DNA from: Lama guanicoe
Lineage: Eukaryota
Length of the DNA stretch: 64,000 bases
Assembly (NCBI GenBank): GCA_013239625.1
Contig: MU054120.1
Location: 248,001 to 312,000 of the forward strand
Direction of reading: 5' to 3'
Shown: positions 12,988 through 26,650 of the stretch, piece by piece
Position numbering within the stretch: position 1 is the first letter of the stretch
Layout of the letters: each line of letters opens with the position of its first letter
Program-made: the position numbers and the translations under genes
Notes under the pieces: model-generated
What the model was told of the DNA's origin: nothing
Databases searched by the model: none
Seen by the model: only the letters and a program-made list of their open reading frames with translations

Positions 12988-14659
12988 ATGACGATACTAT
13001 ATCCCTCCTATTGCTAATTTCGAGTTTTGTATATTGTCATAAAGAGATGATTTTTGCTATGTTATGTTATTTTTGACGTATGTATGGATATATGAATTGG
13101 TCTATTCTTTGGTATATTGTCATTCTGTCCTGTAAACATGAACTCATAGTGCTTATTTTTATTTCTTTTGTATATTGCATTGAGTACCTGATAAATGTGA
13201 GAAAATTTGGGGAGTATGTTGTGTAATGAGCATTTCATAAAATATGTTTGATTGATCTAAATCCATGGATTGAGACTATCAGTTTGAGCTGTATAAAATT
13301 TTTGTGCATAGCATAAACACTAACAGAAGAAATGATAAAACTGCTATAATTGGTTTTTCATTTGCTTTATTTCAAATTTGTGTATGTGGTATCCTGTCAA
13401 GTCAAATGACAGAAAGCACTCGTGCAGGACTGGGAGAAAGTTGTTTGCAGTTACAGAAATTTATCTGTATTTACCTCAGCAGTATTTTACTTAGTAACAG
13501 AGGCTCTCTGAATTTGAAAGATTTCTCAGAGAGATTCTTTTGAATTAGAAAACTGTTGCTGTTTTCATTTGGACAGAGGGCGGGATCCTCTCACCCACTG
13601 CTTGTTCATACGTCTGAGGTTTTTCCCTGCACTGAACTTGGGGCTGAAAATCTACCTGGCTTCTCTCTCTATGGGATCACCTTTCTTTTGAGGTCAGTAA
13701 AAGGCACGCGGGGAGAGCCCCTGATCATTAGGAAGCAGCTACTGCATTCGCTTTGACAGTGCTCAGGTAGATCACCTTCAGGCAGCACGCTGCCCAGCGC
13801 TGGTCGCCCCGGCCAGACTGACCAGAGCCCAGCCAGCCCCGCACAAGGTGAAGCTTTACGTCCGCTGCAGGCACTCAGCGCATCCACTCGGCGTCCACCT
13901 GGCGTACAAAGGGTTTGAACGAACGGGTTTGAGTAGTTGTAGCAATGAAGAAAGGAGCTGATCAACACGCTAGCTGTACTAGCAGGACGGAGGATATTAG
14001 GGGTGGACTGGTCTTCAAACTCTTCTTTCTATTTGCTGTTCCCTTTGTTTGGAATGTTCTCCTCCCTTATAAATAAATGTTTCATTTTTCTCACAGTCAG
14101 TTCTCGGCAGATACAGCCACTCCTCAGAGAGACGTCTCACCACTTCAACAGATGAAGCTGCCAGACTTCAATGAGGGACTAAATGCTATTTTAAAATTCA
14201 CCTTTACACCTATAGGCCATTTCCCGTATCTCCTCTATTAAATATTTTTCTATATTCACATATCTTAATGCTTGTTCTGCCGTTGGCCTGGTTGTGAGAA
14301 AAGTTCTTGAATTTTGCTTTTAGGAGAAGGTAGTTATTTTTGTATTTCCTCAACTCTTTCCATTTCTATCTCCATTCAATCACAGATTGTGCCAACCCGG
14401 CATAACCACAGCTGGTTAAAAAGGATGATCACGCTATTTATATGGGGATGCGGTGGGAAAGGGGGCAAACTGGCATCTTACCAAAGCCTTTTAATAAAAA
14501 TCAAAGGGTTTGAAAGCAGCCGTTCTAATTCGCCATGCCTAAGGACAGACATGCCAAACACTTCCTTCATGTTCGTAGGTTACATCACTCTCAACCAGGA
14601 GAGACATTCTAACTTGTTTAAGGCTGGCACAGTAACTGCATAATAATAAAAGTAACATT

Positions 14660-14865
14660 TCTGTATGACCTCCAGGTCCATCCATGTTGCTGCAAATGGC
14701 ATTATTTGTATTCTTTTTTATGGCTGAGGAATATATATATATATATACACCACAACTTCTTTATCCAGTCATCTGTCAGTGGACATTTAGGCTGTTTCCA
14801 TGTCTTGGCTACTGTAAATACTGCTGCTATGAACACTGGGGTGCACGTATCTTTTCAAATTAGAG
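14660..14865 (-). mobile_element. L1 fragment from the 3' region (young, artiodactyl-type)
   Basis: CCAGGTCCATCCATGTTGCTGCAAATGGCATTATT...GGACATTTAGGCTGTTTCCATGTCTTGGCT...TATCTTTTCAAATTAG. Confidence 0.85.
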
Positions 14866-15519
14866 CCAGTAGATAGTAGATAGTAAGCCAGATATAGTAG
14901 ATAGTAATTTCTTTAAAATTTACTTGCATTAAATTGTTTTCTAAGTTCATTTAGGATCCATGTGATGCCACCATCACTACATTGGTATGATATTAGTATT
15001 TATCATAGAAGACAGACTTTAAATAGGATCTTTAATCTACTGGGTTCCCTTCTCTTCCTACCTGAACCACACAGAAAACAAAAACACAGCACACATGCCG
15101 GGTTAAAGGCCATCTAGAGATGTGTATATGATCTTCATTCACCTTAACTCTTCTCTTTAAAAGTGACTTGGTTTATGAGTAGTGACTAGTTTTAAGTAAT
15201 CAAAATTCCTGAATAAAGGTGCGAGAGCCACCGACCCCAGCAGCACTGCCACTGTCTACCACAGCATTTGACTGTGTATGTAGTGGAGGGACAGAGGTCC
15301 CTGTGTGTGTGGGGGGTGTTTTGAGTCCAAGGGGCACAGTGCCAAGAGAATGTGCTCCTAGGATTCTTTGTGCACATTTTACGTAAGTTCTAGTGTGTGA
15401 TAAATACTACCAACTAGTAACAATTAGTATTCTCTGCTTATTCCAGGGAACAGCCGTCACAGAGAACTGATAACTGGTATTTAAAGGAGTGCTCTCTTGG
15501 CTGACACTCTTGGCTATAA

Positions 15520-16065
15520 GATTGTGCATCTATTTTTTCCTACTTCCTCTTCTGTGAGAACATGGATTCCTTGCAGGAATCTGCTTTTCGCTGCACAGCC
15601 ATGTGTTCAGAGACTTAAACTCCATGTTGAGGTGGGAGTCACTCCTGATTTACTAAGAGAGCCAGTCGTGGTCATCCATCCCCCTCTCCGCTGAATGTGT
15701 TAGGGCTGGGCTGACGGCACAGCTCTGGCCAGTGGGACACGGGTGGAGATCTACTAGCAATTTCAGGAGGAAGCTCTCCTTTGCTTAAAAAGAATTACCA
15801 AGAAATCACTCACTGTCGTCTCACTTGTGTATGTAGCCTTGAAGCAGAACAGCCCTCTTGTGAACCTGAAGGGAGCTGGCCTGAGGGAACAGCTGACATG
15901 CAGAAGCTAGCATTTCCAAGAGCATCACGGTGAGGTGGACCTGGAGCCCTAATGATGCCATTCTACCGTCAACCTCTATTTAAAATTTTTATTAAATGAG
16001 GTAATTGTTCAGTTGGTGTGGAAGACATCTGAGTGTTTACGCTGAAAGCATCCCAGCAGATGAAC
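15520..16065 (+). mobile_element. Old MaLR LTR (MLT1J/K-like)
   Basis: Degenerate MLT1 motifs (ggccagtgggacacgggtggag; cagccctcttgtgaacc; gctgaaagcatccc at the 3' end). Confidence 0.45.
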
Positions 16066-17872
16066 CTGCAGTAGAATAGATTCTTTTTTTTTTTCTTTCT
16101 TAAATACTGTGGTATAACGAAAGGTAGATTTGGAAATACCAAGAGTTACAACAAAAACGTTTGGTTCAATCACATGTCTAACTGAGAAGCTGTTATGTAA
16201 TTTTACTTTGAAGAATTGGGTATTTTGTTTAATAGCTTGTTTTACAGGTTTCCTGAAATAAGTGGCACTCACATTTATTGCACTGCATGCATTCATAAAT
16301 TAAATGAGAACTTTAAGTTGACAAGGGTCTCTTGGCGTTCTGAACTTCATGGGGGTTTAGATAAAGCATATGACATTGTCTAGCTATGTCTTTATGTTTG
16401 GCTTCTTTTTAACCTCTTTATAACAAACTGCCTTTACACACACACACACACACACATACTTACTAATTCAGAGTAAAATTTTTTAAACTGTTAGGCATGG
16501 TCTTTGAAGTCTCATTATTTGTAATTAATTGTGGGACATATATGTTCTAGCCTATGTAGCATTGCTATTAATCTAGGAGACAATATTATCCAGAAAAGGC
16601 TACATTAAGACTTTGTATGTCTTTTGACATCATCTAGAACCTCTATGAGCGGATCTAGCTGTGAGTGTTCACAAGGCAAAGCTAGAATGCATGAACGAAC
16701 AAATGAGTAAGACCTATTATTGTTCACATAAATGGTGTATGCTATTCTGATCTTTTTCAATGAGGAATCAACAAGTTCCAAAAAGTACTTATACACTCCT
16801 TGTAGCAACAGTGCTTGAGGTGAAGACCCACAGAAGGAGGAGTAACTCGACGTGGGGGTAGTAACACTTGTTTTCAGAAGCAGACTTATCACAATACTTA
16901 AGGAAGAGAGGAAGGTATCTGCACTGTATCTCGATTTTAAAGGATTTTTTAAAAATCCTAAACAGAATGTCTAAATTATATAAAAAAACGAAGGAGTAAC
17001 TGTAAATCCTTAGCAACGTAAGCTTCATTTGGGAAGTACATTAATCACTTGATACAGAAAAGGAAGAAATTAGACAAATACAAAAGAAGCTGAAGGCCAC
17101 TGAAATAGAAGCCAGCTGCGGACTTTTGGAGAAGACATGGAAACGCAAGAGAAAAGTTATAAAACAGCTGAGGGAATTAAACCCAGAGAAGGGAGAAGAC
17201 AGGAAAATGCGTAGCGCCCGAGATACTTAGTAGCTATGAGATTCAAACCTTAGAAAATTAAGATTTTTATGGAAAAATAAGGAAAAGTAAGGAGTGTCTC
17301 TGAGCACGATAGATGCTGAGCAGGTAATTAAATCAATGTGTTAAAATATAAGGGACAGAGAAGATTTAGTGAAAAGTAGCATCAGGGAAATAAATTCACT
17401 TCTCCAAAACAGAGAGACACGTTTTTCACAGATTGATGAATTTGACAAAAATTCTGAAGGTTTACAGGAACAGATTAGATTACTGAAAGCTTTTTAAAGA
17501 AAACCTAGAATAAGAAGCTATAATCTCCCAGGATGTTTATTAACTAAAGCTAAATTCATTTTTTTCTGTACATTTATGTCAAAGAAATACAGACAGGAGC
17601 ACATCAATTTTTTCAAGACATTTTACCATATTTCTAATGAAATTCTAACACAACATGGAAAATCTGGGTTGAATTCAGGACTGTTAGGTGTTTTAGGAAA
17701 ATGCTGATGGTTATTGTTAACTCGGCTCATGGGAAGTGCTCTAGTGGTCTGCCAGTTAACACTGGCAGGCCCCACCCAGGTAAATACTTTAATGCTGACT
17801 TCAAGTAACAGAGGACTTGAGATTACCAAACAAACAAACAAACAAACAAAAACACCTACAGTCTCAGAGCTT

Positions 17873-18580
17873 ATTTTTAAGTTGTATATATTTAAGATGT
17901 ACAGCATGATGTTTCAAAATATGTATAAACTGTGAAATGATTACCACAGTCAAGCTAATTAAACCATCACCTCACATAATTACCTTTTGCTTGTGTGTGT
18001 GTGTATGTGTGTGCATGTGCAGTGAGAACAACTGAGATCTACTGTCTGAGCAACTTTCAAGTATACAGTATCTTATTATTAACTATAGTCACCATGTGAT
18101 ACATTAGCTCTCCAGAAGTATTCATCTCATAACGGAAAATTCGTACCCAACGGTGTAAAAAGGTTCTCTTTTTTTTTTTTCATATTTTCACCAGCATTTA
18201 TTATCTCTTGTCTTTTGATAAAGTGTGCATGTGCAGTGAGAACACTTGAGATCTACTGTCTTAGCAACTTTCAAGTATATAGTATCTTATTATTAACTAC
18301 AGTCACCATGATACATTAGATCTCCAGAAGTATTCACCTCCTAACGGAAAATTTGTACCCAACAGTGTAAAAAGGTTCTCCTTTTTTTTTCATATTTTCA
18401 CCAGCATTTATTATCTCTTGTCTTTTGATAATAAACATTCTGACAGGTGTGAGATAATATCTCACTGTGGTTTTGATGTGAATTTCCTTGATTACTAGTG
18501 GTGCTGAGCACCGTTGCATATACTTGTTGGCTGCACTGTACGTCTTCTTTAGAGAGAAGTCTATTCAAGTCCGTTGCCCA
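17873..18580 (-). mobile_element. 5'-truncated L1MA-type element with internal deletion and tandem duplication
   Basis: L1MA 3' end sequence flanked by a 9-bp direct repeat TCAGAGCTT (17864-17872 and 18581-18589), consistent with a target-site duplication. Confidence 0.85.
18009..18431. repeat. Tandem duplication, period about 214 bp (18009-18221; 18223-18431)
   Basis: By-eye alignment gives about 11 substitutions and 2 small indels between the copies. Confidence 0.95.
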
Positions 18581-21500
18581 TCAGAGCTTCTAACTGAGAT
18601 AAAATCTATTTTTCATAAGAGGACATGTGGCAATGTTAGGGAATACGTCTGTTCTCACTGGAGTTCGGAGCACTATTAGTATTTGGTTTACGGCATCAGA
18701 GATGTTAAGCCTCCTGCCATGTGCAAAATCCATACCACAAAGATTTGTCCAACCCCAAATTCCATTAAGCTCCCACTGAAATACTCCGGGCTGGATAAAT
18801 AGAAGTGGATTATCTGCAGAGGAGAGTTCTTTCACACTTGATACAATGTTATAGGAGGAATAGTTGGGACAAAAAAATATATATTTATTTTGGATAAAGA
18901 TGATTCAGGAAAAACATAATAGCTTCCTCTCATTATTTGAAAAACTTTCGATTGAGAGAGTTATTAGACAGGACAGAAGTCACAGAAGGTTGAATTTTCT
19001 ACAGGAAGGATATTCTTAATTCTTTGAAAGTTAATTATTTGCCCTTAAGCTCTTCAAGCAGAGGATATGTGATCATATATTAAGAATACTATAGAGGGAC
19101 TTAAAGGACTGAGGGTTGATTTGACATTTACAGTTTTTTTCAATCCTAAGATTTTTCAAATAGCGTATTTAATATGTCTTACTAACAAAAGCTACAATTT
19201 AAAAATATGTTAAGTTATAAATTTCTTATATGACTAATTTTGATCAAGTTCTGAAATAATTTTCAAGTTTAATTGCTATAGTGCCTACTGGAGATGCACA
19301 CATTTCTTTAAAAATAATGTACATTACTTATGAGAAATTGTTTCCCACAATAAATATGCAGTCTGTACAGTCATCGTTAGGTACAGTGCTATATCAACTG
19401 TTCCACCTTCTGTTGATTTTTCTATTTTAGTATTAACAGTTATCATCTGTGACATGTTTATTATAATTTCATTTATAGCATTTTAAAAAAGAATACGATT
19501 ATGAAAAAATGCTAGAAAAGCATAGAATTTTAAATAGATGCAGGTGACTTCTTAGATTCTGGAACATGTACAATTCATTCTTGTTGAAGGAAATGGGAAC
19601 TGACTCCATTAACTGCTTATCAAAAATTAGACGTTGAGCACTCTGCAGGGAAGGCGGTGAGGGGGGTCACTATCAGAAACTGTATAGAGGATGACTGATT
19701 TCTCATTTTAAATGGAGAAATAAATAAGTGGCAGTGTGGTTTAGTTAAGTAGAGAGAAAAAGGTTATTCGCCTACTATCTTGGGCATATCTCTGAACATC
19801 TCCAGTTATCATGCCGTGTCAGCTCAGCGGTCATGAAGATACTACCTTCAAAGACAGGCAGGTTCTCACATCTGAAAGAATCTCAGAAAAAGCAAGTGTT
19901 CTTATTTGTCAGAGTTCGGTTCACTTGATTGAATGATTTTTGAAAATCACTAGGTTAAGTGATTTTTTAAAGCTTTCTTTATAAAGTTTGACAATCCTAT
20001 GCCTTGGTAATAACTTGTTCTGGAATTCATTTATCCAGTCAACAAATAGTCCATAGTACTGTTCACATGCCAGACATTTAAAATTCTCCCTTAGTTTCTG
20101 CGGGTAAAAAGACCTTACCTCACCCCCAAAGCGAAGAGGGGTGTGGTCATACTCTAAAGGAAGTGTACTGGAAATATAAGTTCAAATAAGGATTGAATGC
20201 AAAATACACCCTTTTGTGGTTCTATGCTCATTCATTCGTTTAAAAGAGTGACAGTGGTCATCAGGTCATTCTGGTATTTACATTCCGTTGCTGCTTCTGA
20301 AAGAAGTCACTGTTTCTATCCTTTTCTTGTGCAATAATTTGTAGCAGAGAGAAAATTCTAAGAAAACCTCCAGAAATGTCTGAGTTATGGGGATGACTGC
20401 TTGATAGTGAATGTGTCGGATGGACATTTTGCAAGGTCAGTGGTGAATTTTCAGCACACACAGAAATAATACATAAGCAAAGATGCAGCTTTGCAAAATG
20501 TTATAAACCCTTACATCCAATTCACAATGTCATACTATGTACACACAATAATAAAGGCAATGTAACTATCAATTTATCTTCAGACGTTCCATTTGGATAT
20601 TCAAAGTAGAATGAAACAACTCAGTGAGAAAGCCTTCCAAGGTGAGTTCTAAGAGAGGGTATGAAGAGGGAGGCTGCTCAGCCATCCACAGCATTCTGCC
20701 TTGAGAGACACAATTTGCGGAATCTCCCCCCAGAATTAAGGCCAGGGCAACTTTGACTCCAGAGTTGCCACAATCCATAAAAAGCAGTGAAGTAGATCGG
20801 TAAACCTTTACGTGTTTGGCTTGGGTCAGTTTATATTAGAGAACAATTCAGCCAGAGTTTAAGTGTACCACCATCCTGTATGGCGGTCGTCTGCTGAGGG
20901 CCCAGAGAAGGAAAGAAAGAAGCACCCTAAGAGGATACAGTGAGCAGGGCTGGTAAGATCAGACGCAATTTGCCCAAGCCCCATCTTCAGAATGACCAAC
21001 TTCAGAATTTCTCTTGGAGTAAATATTGGAACAATACCCTGACACCATGCAGGTGCTCTGAATTTGTGTGTAGAGGCTGGTTACCAAGGGAACAAATAGA
21101 GAAATGCTTGAAAATATATAGCCCTACCAAGTGTTTCCAAGTGGTGGGCACTCTGGCATCGTTATTTCCAAACACTTAGGCATCAGGCAATTTCTTCTGT
21201 TTCTTGCTAAGAATGTGTGCTGTTCACTCAAAATGGTTACTGTTTAACTTGAATGCCAAATGCCAGATGTTCATTGATATACACAGGTACTCATGGTATG
21301 TGCAATTTATGCTTCAAATAAAACTGTGTTAATATTTGTCATCATGATTGTTAGTTAAAAAGAAATATAAAATAATTTATGTTAGCCAGACAAAAGTAAA
21401 GGAAGTAGAAGGTTTGAATAAATAGGTTCAGACACAACAGAGTTTAAGGTAAATCATTATTTTCTACATCTTTATAGCACAGAGTACTAGTGAGAGAATC

Positions 21501-22037
21501 ACAAATGTATTGAGATTTTACACGTTCCATTACAAATAATAAAGAGTGCCTTTGTACATCCCTCAAGTTGAATTTCAGGAATAAATGTACCAACCCCATT
21601 ACGTGAAGAGCTGGAGACCTACTGTCAGACACTGAGAGGACACAAACATTTCTAACCCAGGAAAAGAAAAATGAAACGAAATCCTATCCACCGATTATTC
21701 AGCAATGAACATCTGCGTGTCCCTGGGACTGACTCTGACTAACCTGCACTGAATGAAGGCTGAAGAGATCAAGAAAAGTTTCAAATATTCCACCTGCAAA
21801 CACAAGCACATTTTGCAGTAATCCCTGCGGTTAAAGATCGTATCGTCAAGATACATGTGAATTTCTTGCAAATGGAATTAAATACTGGCAGTGTTGGGAA
21901 CTAGTTTGGCTGAAAACACACTTGGTTTAATATTTAACAAGAGAATCCATGTACAATATTATCAAATATTTAATTAATGATAATGAAGCCACTAACCAAT
22001 CTGCTTCTTGACTTTTATCTTTTTAATATTTCCAAAT

Positions 22038-22245
22038 GTAGGTTTACTGTGAAGCTAATGCCCCTTAAGCTCCAGAGCCCTGCACTTGTATGGGTTCCTT
22101 GCAAGGCCCTGGGAGGGCTTAGAGATCCACTCACGAGGTCATATTCTTAGTAAAATATGAAAAGTATGATGCTTTTAGATTTTTTTCAAAGTGTTTCCTC
22201 CAAATGGTGTAATATTTCAGGGACACTCAAGCCTACATTCCCAGA
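22038..22245. mobile_element. hAT-Tip100 (Arthur1/MER69-like) fragment
   Basis: TTTACTGTGAAGCTAATG...CAGAGCCCTGCACTTG...AAGGCCCTGGGAGGG resembles the recalled consensus. Confidence 0.45.
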
Positions 22246-24276
22246 AAAGCCAGAATTTTTTGTCTGCAATGTAAGTAAATGTCTCAAGTTTAGACAGTTT
22301 TAGTTTCAGAAAACCTAAGTCTAGATTGTTTTGTTCTTGGAAAAGCAGAGTTAAATTGTCTGTGTACTTCTTAGCTAATAAAATCTATGATTTTTAAACT
22401 AATGGAATCCACAGAGGTAAAAAAAAATTCCAGCGTGCTAATAAAAACATAATATTTAGTTGCTCTATGATCAAGGAGAACAACAGGACATCTATTTCTG
22501 ATTCACAAACAAATCTCATTAGAAACACAGAACAAGTAGGTTTAATATCATGCTAATATCAGTAACTACTACAATTGAAAAAACAAAAAGTTGACAAGTA
22601 CTGACCTACAATAATTCTGAAAAGACACAGATTTCAACATTTGCATAATTAAGCTGTAAAAAAAAGACCACTGCATTATTCTATCACTCAGAAGGGAAAC
22701 ATCAAAGCATACTGAATTAATGTTTTCCTCTGAATTTATCCCAAACTTACCCAACAAAATATTTATTATTGTATCTTAAAGCCATATCTCTAGAGAGAAA
22801 TTTATTTCTATTTATTTAAAACAACTGTCTATCTTTTTTAGCATCTGGATATTTTTTTCTTAGTCTAATAATTTGTGGAGAAACAATGGAACGTAAGTGA
22901 AATTTATAAATTCATAATTCCCTAATTATGACCAGAAGTATTAAGAAAAATACTTACAAATATGAAGTGAATTTTACTCAGTGAATAGGAAAAAAGAGCA
23001 CTATTTTAATGTTTCTAAGAACACAGTCTCATATGAAAAGTGGAGCCCTACAGATAGAGAGGTAGGTAGGTAGACAGATAATTAAATAGCTAGATTTTAA
23101 TTTATGTACTCTACTTGATGCTTCTTCAAATTTATCATAAATAGTACAACAAGATGCTTGCTCAGTTTTACCATTTTGAAGAAAGATAAAGTTTCTAAGT
23201 TATTTTCTTGTCATTATGTTCACAGCTAGTAATTATCACACAATGGATTAAAATATATCTAGTTTCAGAAAATAGACAAGTCCTTCCTTAAATAGAAAAA
23301 ATAATTTATTCAAAAGTCATGATAAAACTGATTAACCCAAAAATATTCTATATCAAATTACACAATATCGTTGACAGCCTTAAAAATGGCAACAAGGCTC
23401 AAAAACAAAACGTACTCATTAAAATAATGTGCTATCCTAAAGCAGTCTAACAAATGGAGATGTGTTTATTTTTCAGAAATAGATGCCCAAGAACCAGTGA
23501 ACTATGAAGTACAGATCTGTGGATATGTGGCATATGATGGAAAGTGAAGGCTGTATGTAATGTATCACACAGCACGTCCACTCTGATACCATGTTTTAAA
23601 AAATTAGGAAACTTTGATGGTCAAATCTCAGATCAACTTTGTAAACTACTGACTTAGGATGATCATAGCATCTCTGGAACTCAGTGTTCAGTCTGTGGTC
23701 TGTAGACCACTTCACAGGCTCTTCCAAGGATCAAACGAGGTAATGGCAGAAGGAAAAGTCTTCCAGCTATTAAAGAAATCAGCTCCATTTCCCTCTCCCG
23801 CACGAGATCACCTCTGCTTACACCCTTTTCGTTTATACAGCTCCATCTGCCCTTTACCTACTCCAGACCTAGAGAGAAGCAATTACTAATCTGGTTGTTA
23901 GAGTCTGAGAACAGTTCACAACGCTGTGATGACATCACCTGCTTTAAAATATGCAACCCAGGCACCTCCCACCCTCTCAGTCATAATGTGTCACTTGTAT
24001 GCTCTTCTTTGGTTATTGGATTTGTGCCTCCATTTAGCCAACCAGAGCGGGGAAGGTCCCAAGATCTAGATGTGTGTGTGTGTGGGGGGGAGTCAGGGAA
24101 CAGGAAGATATGGTCTAGCGTTAACTTATTAGAACACAGAGTTAGAAAACATTTAGAAAAATATAATTTTTATAATCAGAAAAAAATAACTACACATTAT
24201 ACTGTTTTTCTGTACAGATATATTTTGAATCCTTGTGTTGGATGATAATTTCTCTGTTATGTGTCTACAGCGAGTA

Positions 24277-25270
24277 CAGCTGACCTTTGAACAAAACATG
24301 TTTGAATTATGCAGCTCCATTTATATGTGGATTTTTTCAATACATAAATTAGAAAACATTTTTTGGAGATTATGGGATGTTTTGCAAAAAATTGCAAGTG
24401 AACTGTGTAGCCTAGAAATACCAAAAAGTTAAGAAAAAGTTGTATCACGAATGCATAAAAATATGTAGATACTAGTTAATTCTTACATAGGCATAAGGTG
24501 AATGTTATTCAATATACAATTAATAATATGTTATTTTCCTACTGGTGTATAACTGTGCTTTCAAAGAATTACAATTATGGTACAGCATGCCTCTCTTTTG
24601 TCATTCGATAAACTAACTACGTATCAGCCTATCATCACAGGTAAATGATTTTTTAAAAAAATGTAATGTTTCCAATACTGTATTACGAATATGACGCAAT
24701 ACCATAGCTATAAGAGGTTTATAATATTCAGCCATTTCTGTGTAGCTTCATTAAGTAGTCATATCAGTTGCACTGTGCCCCATAAAGCAGCCGTATTGCT
24801 CTGCTTCATTATCAATGCATGAGTCGTTCATTATACCCATCAATAAAGATGAATTTCTTTTTCAGAATATCTTTTCATTTTTGATGTCCAGTGTTAGCCA
24901 TACATGTAACATCTACAGTGTTTTGTATAATATAAGACAGTGTTGATGCAGGTACTGACAGGCAATGCATCTCATAGACAGATGACAGAAGCTTACAGTA
25001 TCGATAAGTACAGCACAGCTCTGCAAAGGCATTTTCTCTTACAATTTTCTTAGTAACATTTTCCTTTTTCTAGCTTACTTTCCTGTAATAATACAGTATG
25101 TAATACATATACAAAATATGTGTTAATCCACTGTCTACGTTATTGGTAAGGCTTCCAGTCAACAGTAGGCTATTAATAGTTAAGTTTTGGGGAAGTCAAA
25201 AATTATATGTGAATTTTCCACCAAGCGAGGGGTCGGTGGCCTTAAACCTGTGATGTTCAAGGGTCAACTG
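24277..25270. mobile_element. Tigger2-family non-autonomous DNA transposon (about 1 kb)
   Basis: TIRs CAGCTGACCTTTGAACA / TGTTCAAGGGTCAACTG with TA target duplication on both sides (24275-76, 25271-72). Confidence 0.85.
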
Positions 25271-25899
25271 TATTTAATAATTGATTTATTCAAATGTGTA
25301 GCATATAATAACTTTATTATGAGAATCTAATTGTTATAGTAATTTCTGCTTAAATAGTAACTTAAGTTTTAGAGCCTTTCTTTCAAATTACTATGTAAGT
25401 ATATGTATGCATGTGTGTTTCTTGGTAGTGAACTATCATTCATGTTAAACGTAACTAACACTAAGTATTACTTGCCTGACTTTGGGAGGAAAACTCATTG
25501 CAAAGACATCTTCATCTATGAATCCCCTAATCATTCTGCTGTCTACTTTGTTGATATTCTTTGAAGGAAAATTAAAGTAATTTTCTACTAGATTCAGATG
25601 CATGGGAGGAGGACCTCTGAGGAATGACAGTATGGCTAGAACTAACCTGGGCTGCCCTTAAGGACGCTCTTGATGAAGGTAACAATAGTAATGATACATT
25701 AACTGACAGCCTGCTTTTGCTCGTCTTAATACTAAATGTGAAACCATCTTCTTATTCTGCTCTCAGCTTTCTTTAGAGTTTACTATAGAGGTTCCAAACC
25801 CAAAAGCCCAAACCAAAACTCTCCCTAGCATTTGCAGCTGTATATGTCACTGACGTCTCAAGATCAGTCGTCACAAATACTGTTTTGTACGAATTTCTA

Positions 25900-26650
25900 A
25901 AATAAAATTTGCTCTGCTTCCGTATTTCTGATTTCATTTAGTGATATCACTGTCTAGCCATCATCTAGATAACTCCTTGTGTTTTATATCTGACATCAAG
26001 TTAATTAAAAAGTACGGCCAATTCTAGCTCCTAAGTAGACTCTGAAGCCATTTCTTTCTTTCGTCCTTTTTCTCCGTCCTTTCTCGAAGTCCACACGGCC
26101 CGTTACAGGACACAAATAGATGGACAGAACGATCTTTCAAAAAGCTTATTATTGACCACAGGTTTTCTTCTTAAAACTCTTAACTGACTGCCTATCAGCT
26201 GCAGAATAAAGACTAAATACCTAAAATTGAGACATGGCCCATTCACCGTGCTACCGTCTTCAACGTCACAGGTTCCCACTTTGCTCTTTACATTCTTTCA
26301 GCATCTGTAACTCTTCTTGTTCTTCCCTCTCCGCTAGGTTTCTACTCATACTTTGCTCTTCCTTTAAGGCCCAACTTAAACCCCACCATGTCTGTGATGG
26401 TCCATCCTTAGAGGCTGGGTCTCCTATTTCCAACCACCAACACCATCTTCAAGCATGGGAAGAAATCTCACCACCTGTTGTCTTCACCTCTTATTAAAAC
26501 CATGCCTTAAAATATATTTTCCCACCCAACTCTTGTCATCTCAAGTAAACGGTAATCTCCCTGAAGGGCAAATGAATGAATTCTGCTTCTCTTTGTTCCT
26601 ACAGCGCCAATCACAGAGCAGTACTTATGCTTGATAAGTGTCACTTGAGA
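25900..26650 (+). mobile_element. L2 LINE 3' remnant
   Basis: Degenerate L2 motifs (ttaaaactcttaactg...cagaataaag; cctttaaggcccaacttaaa; ctccctgaagggca...); boundaries approximate. Confidence 0.5.
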
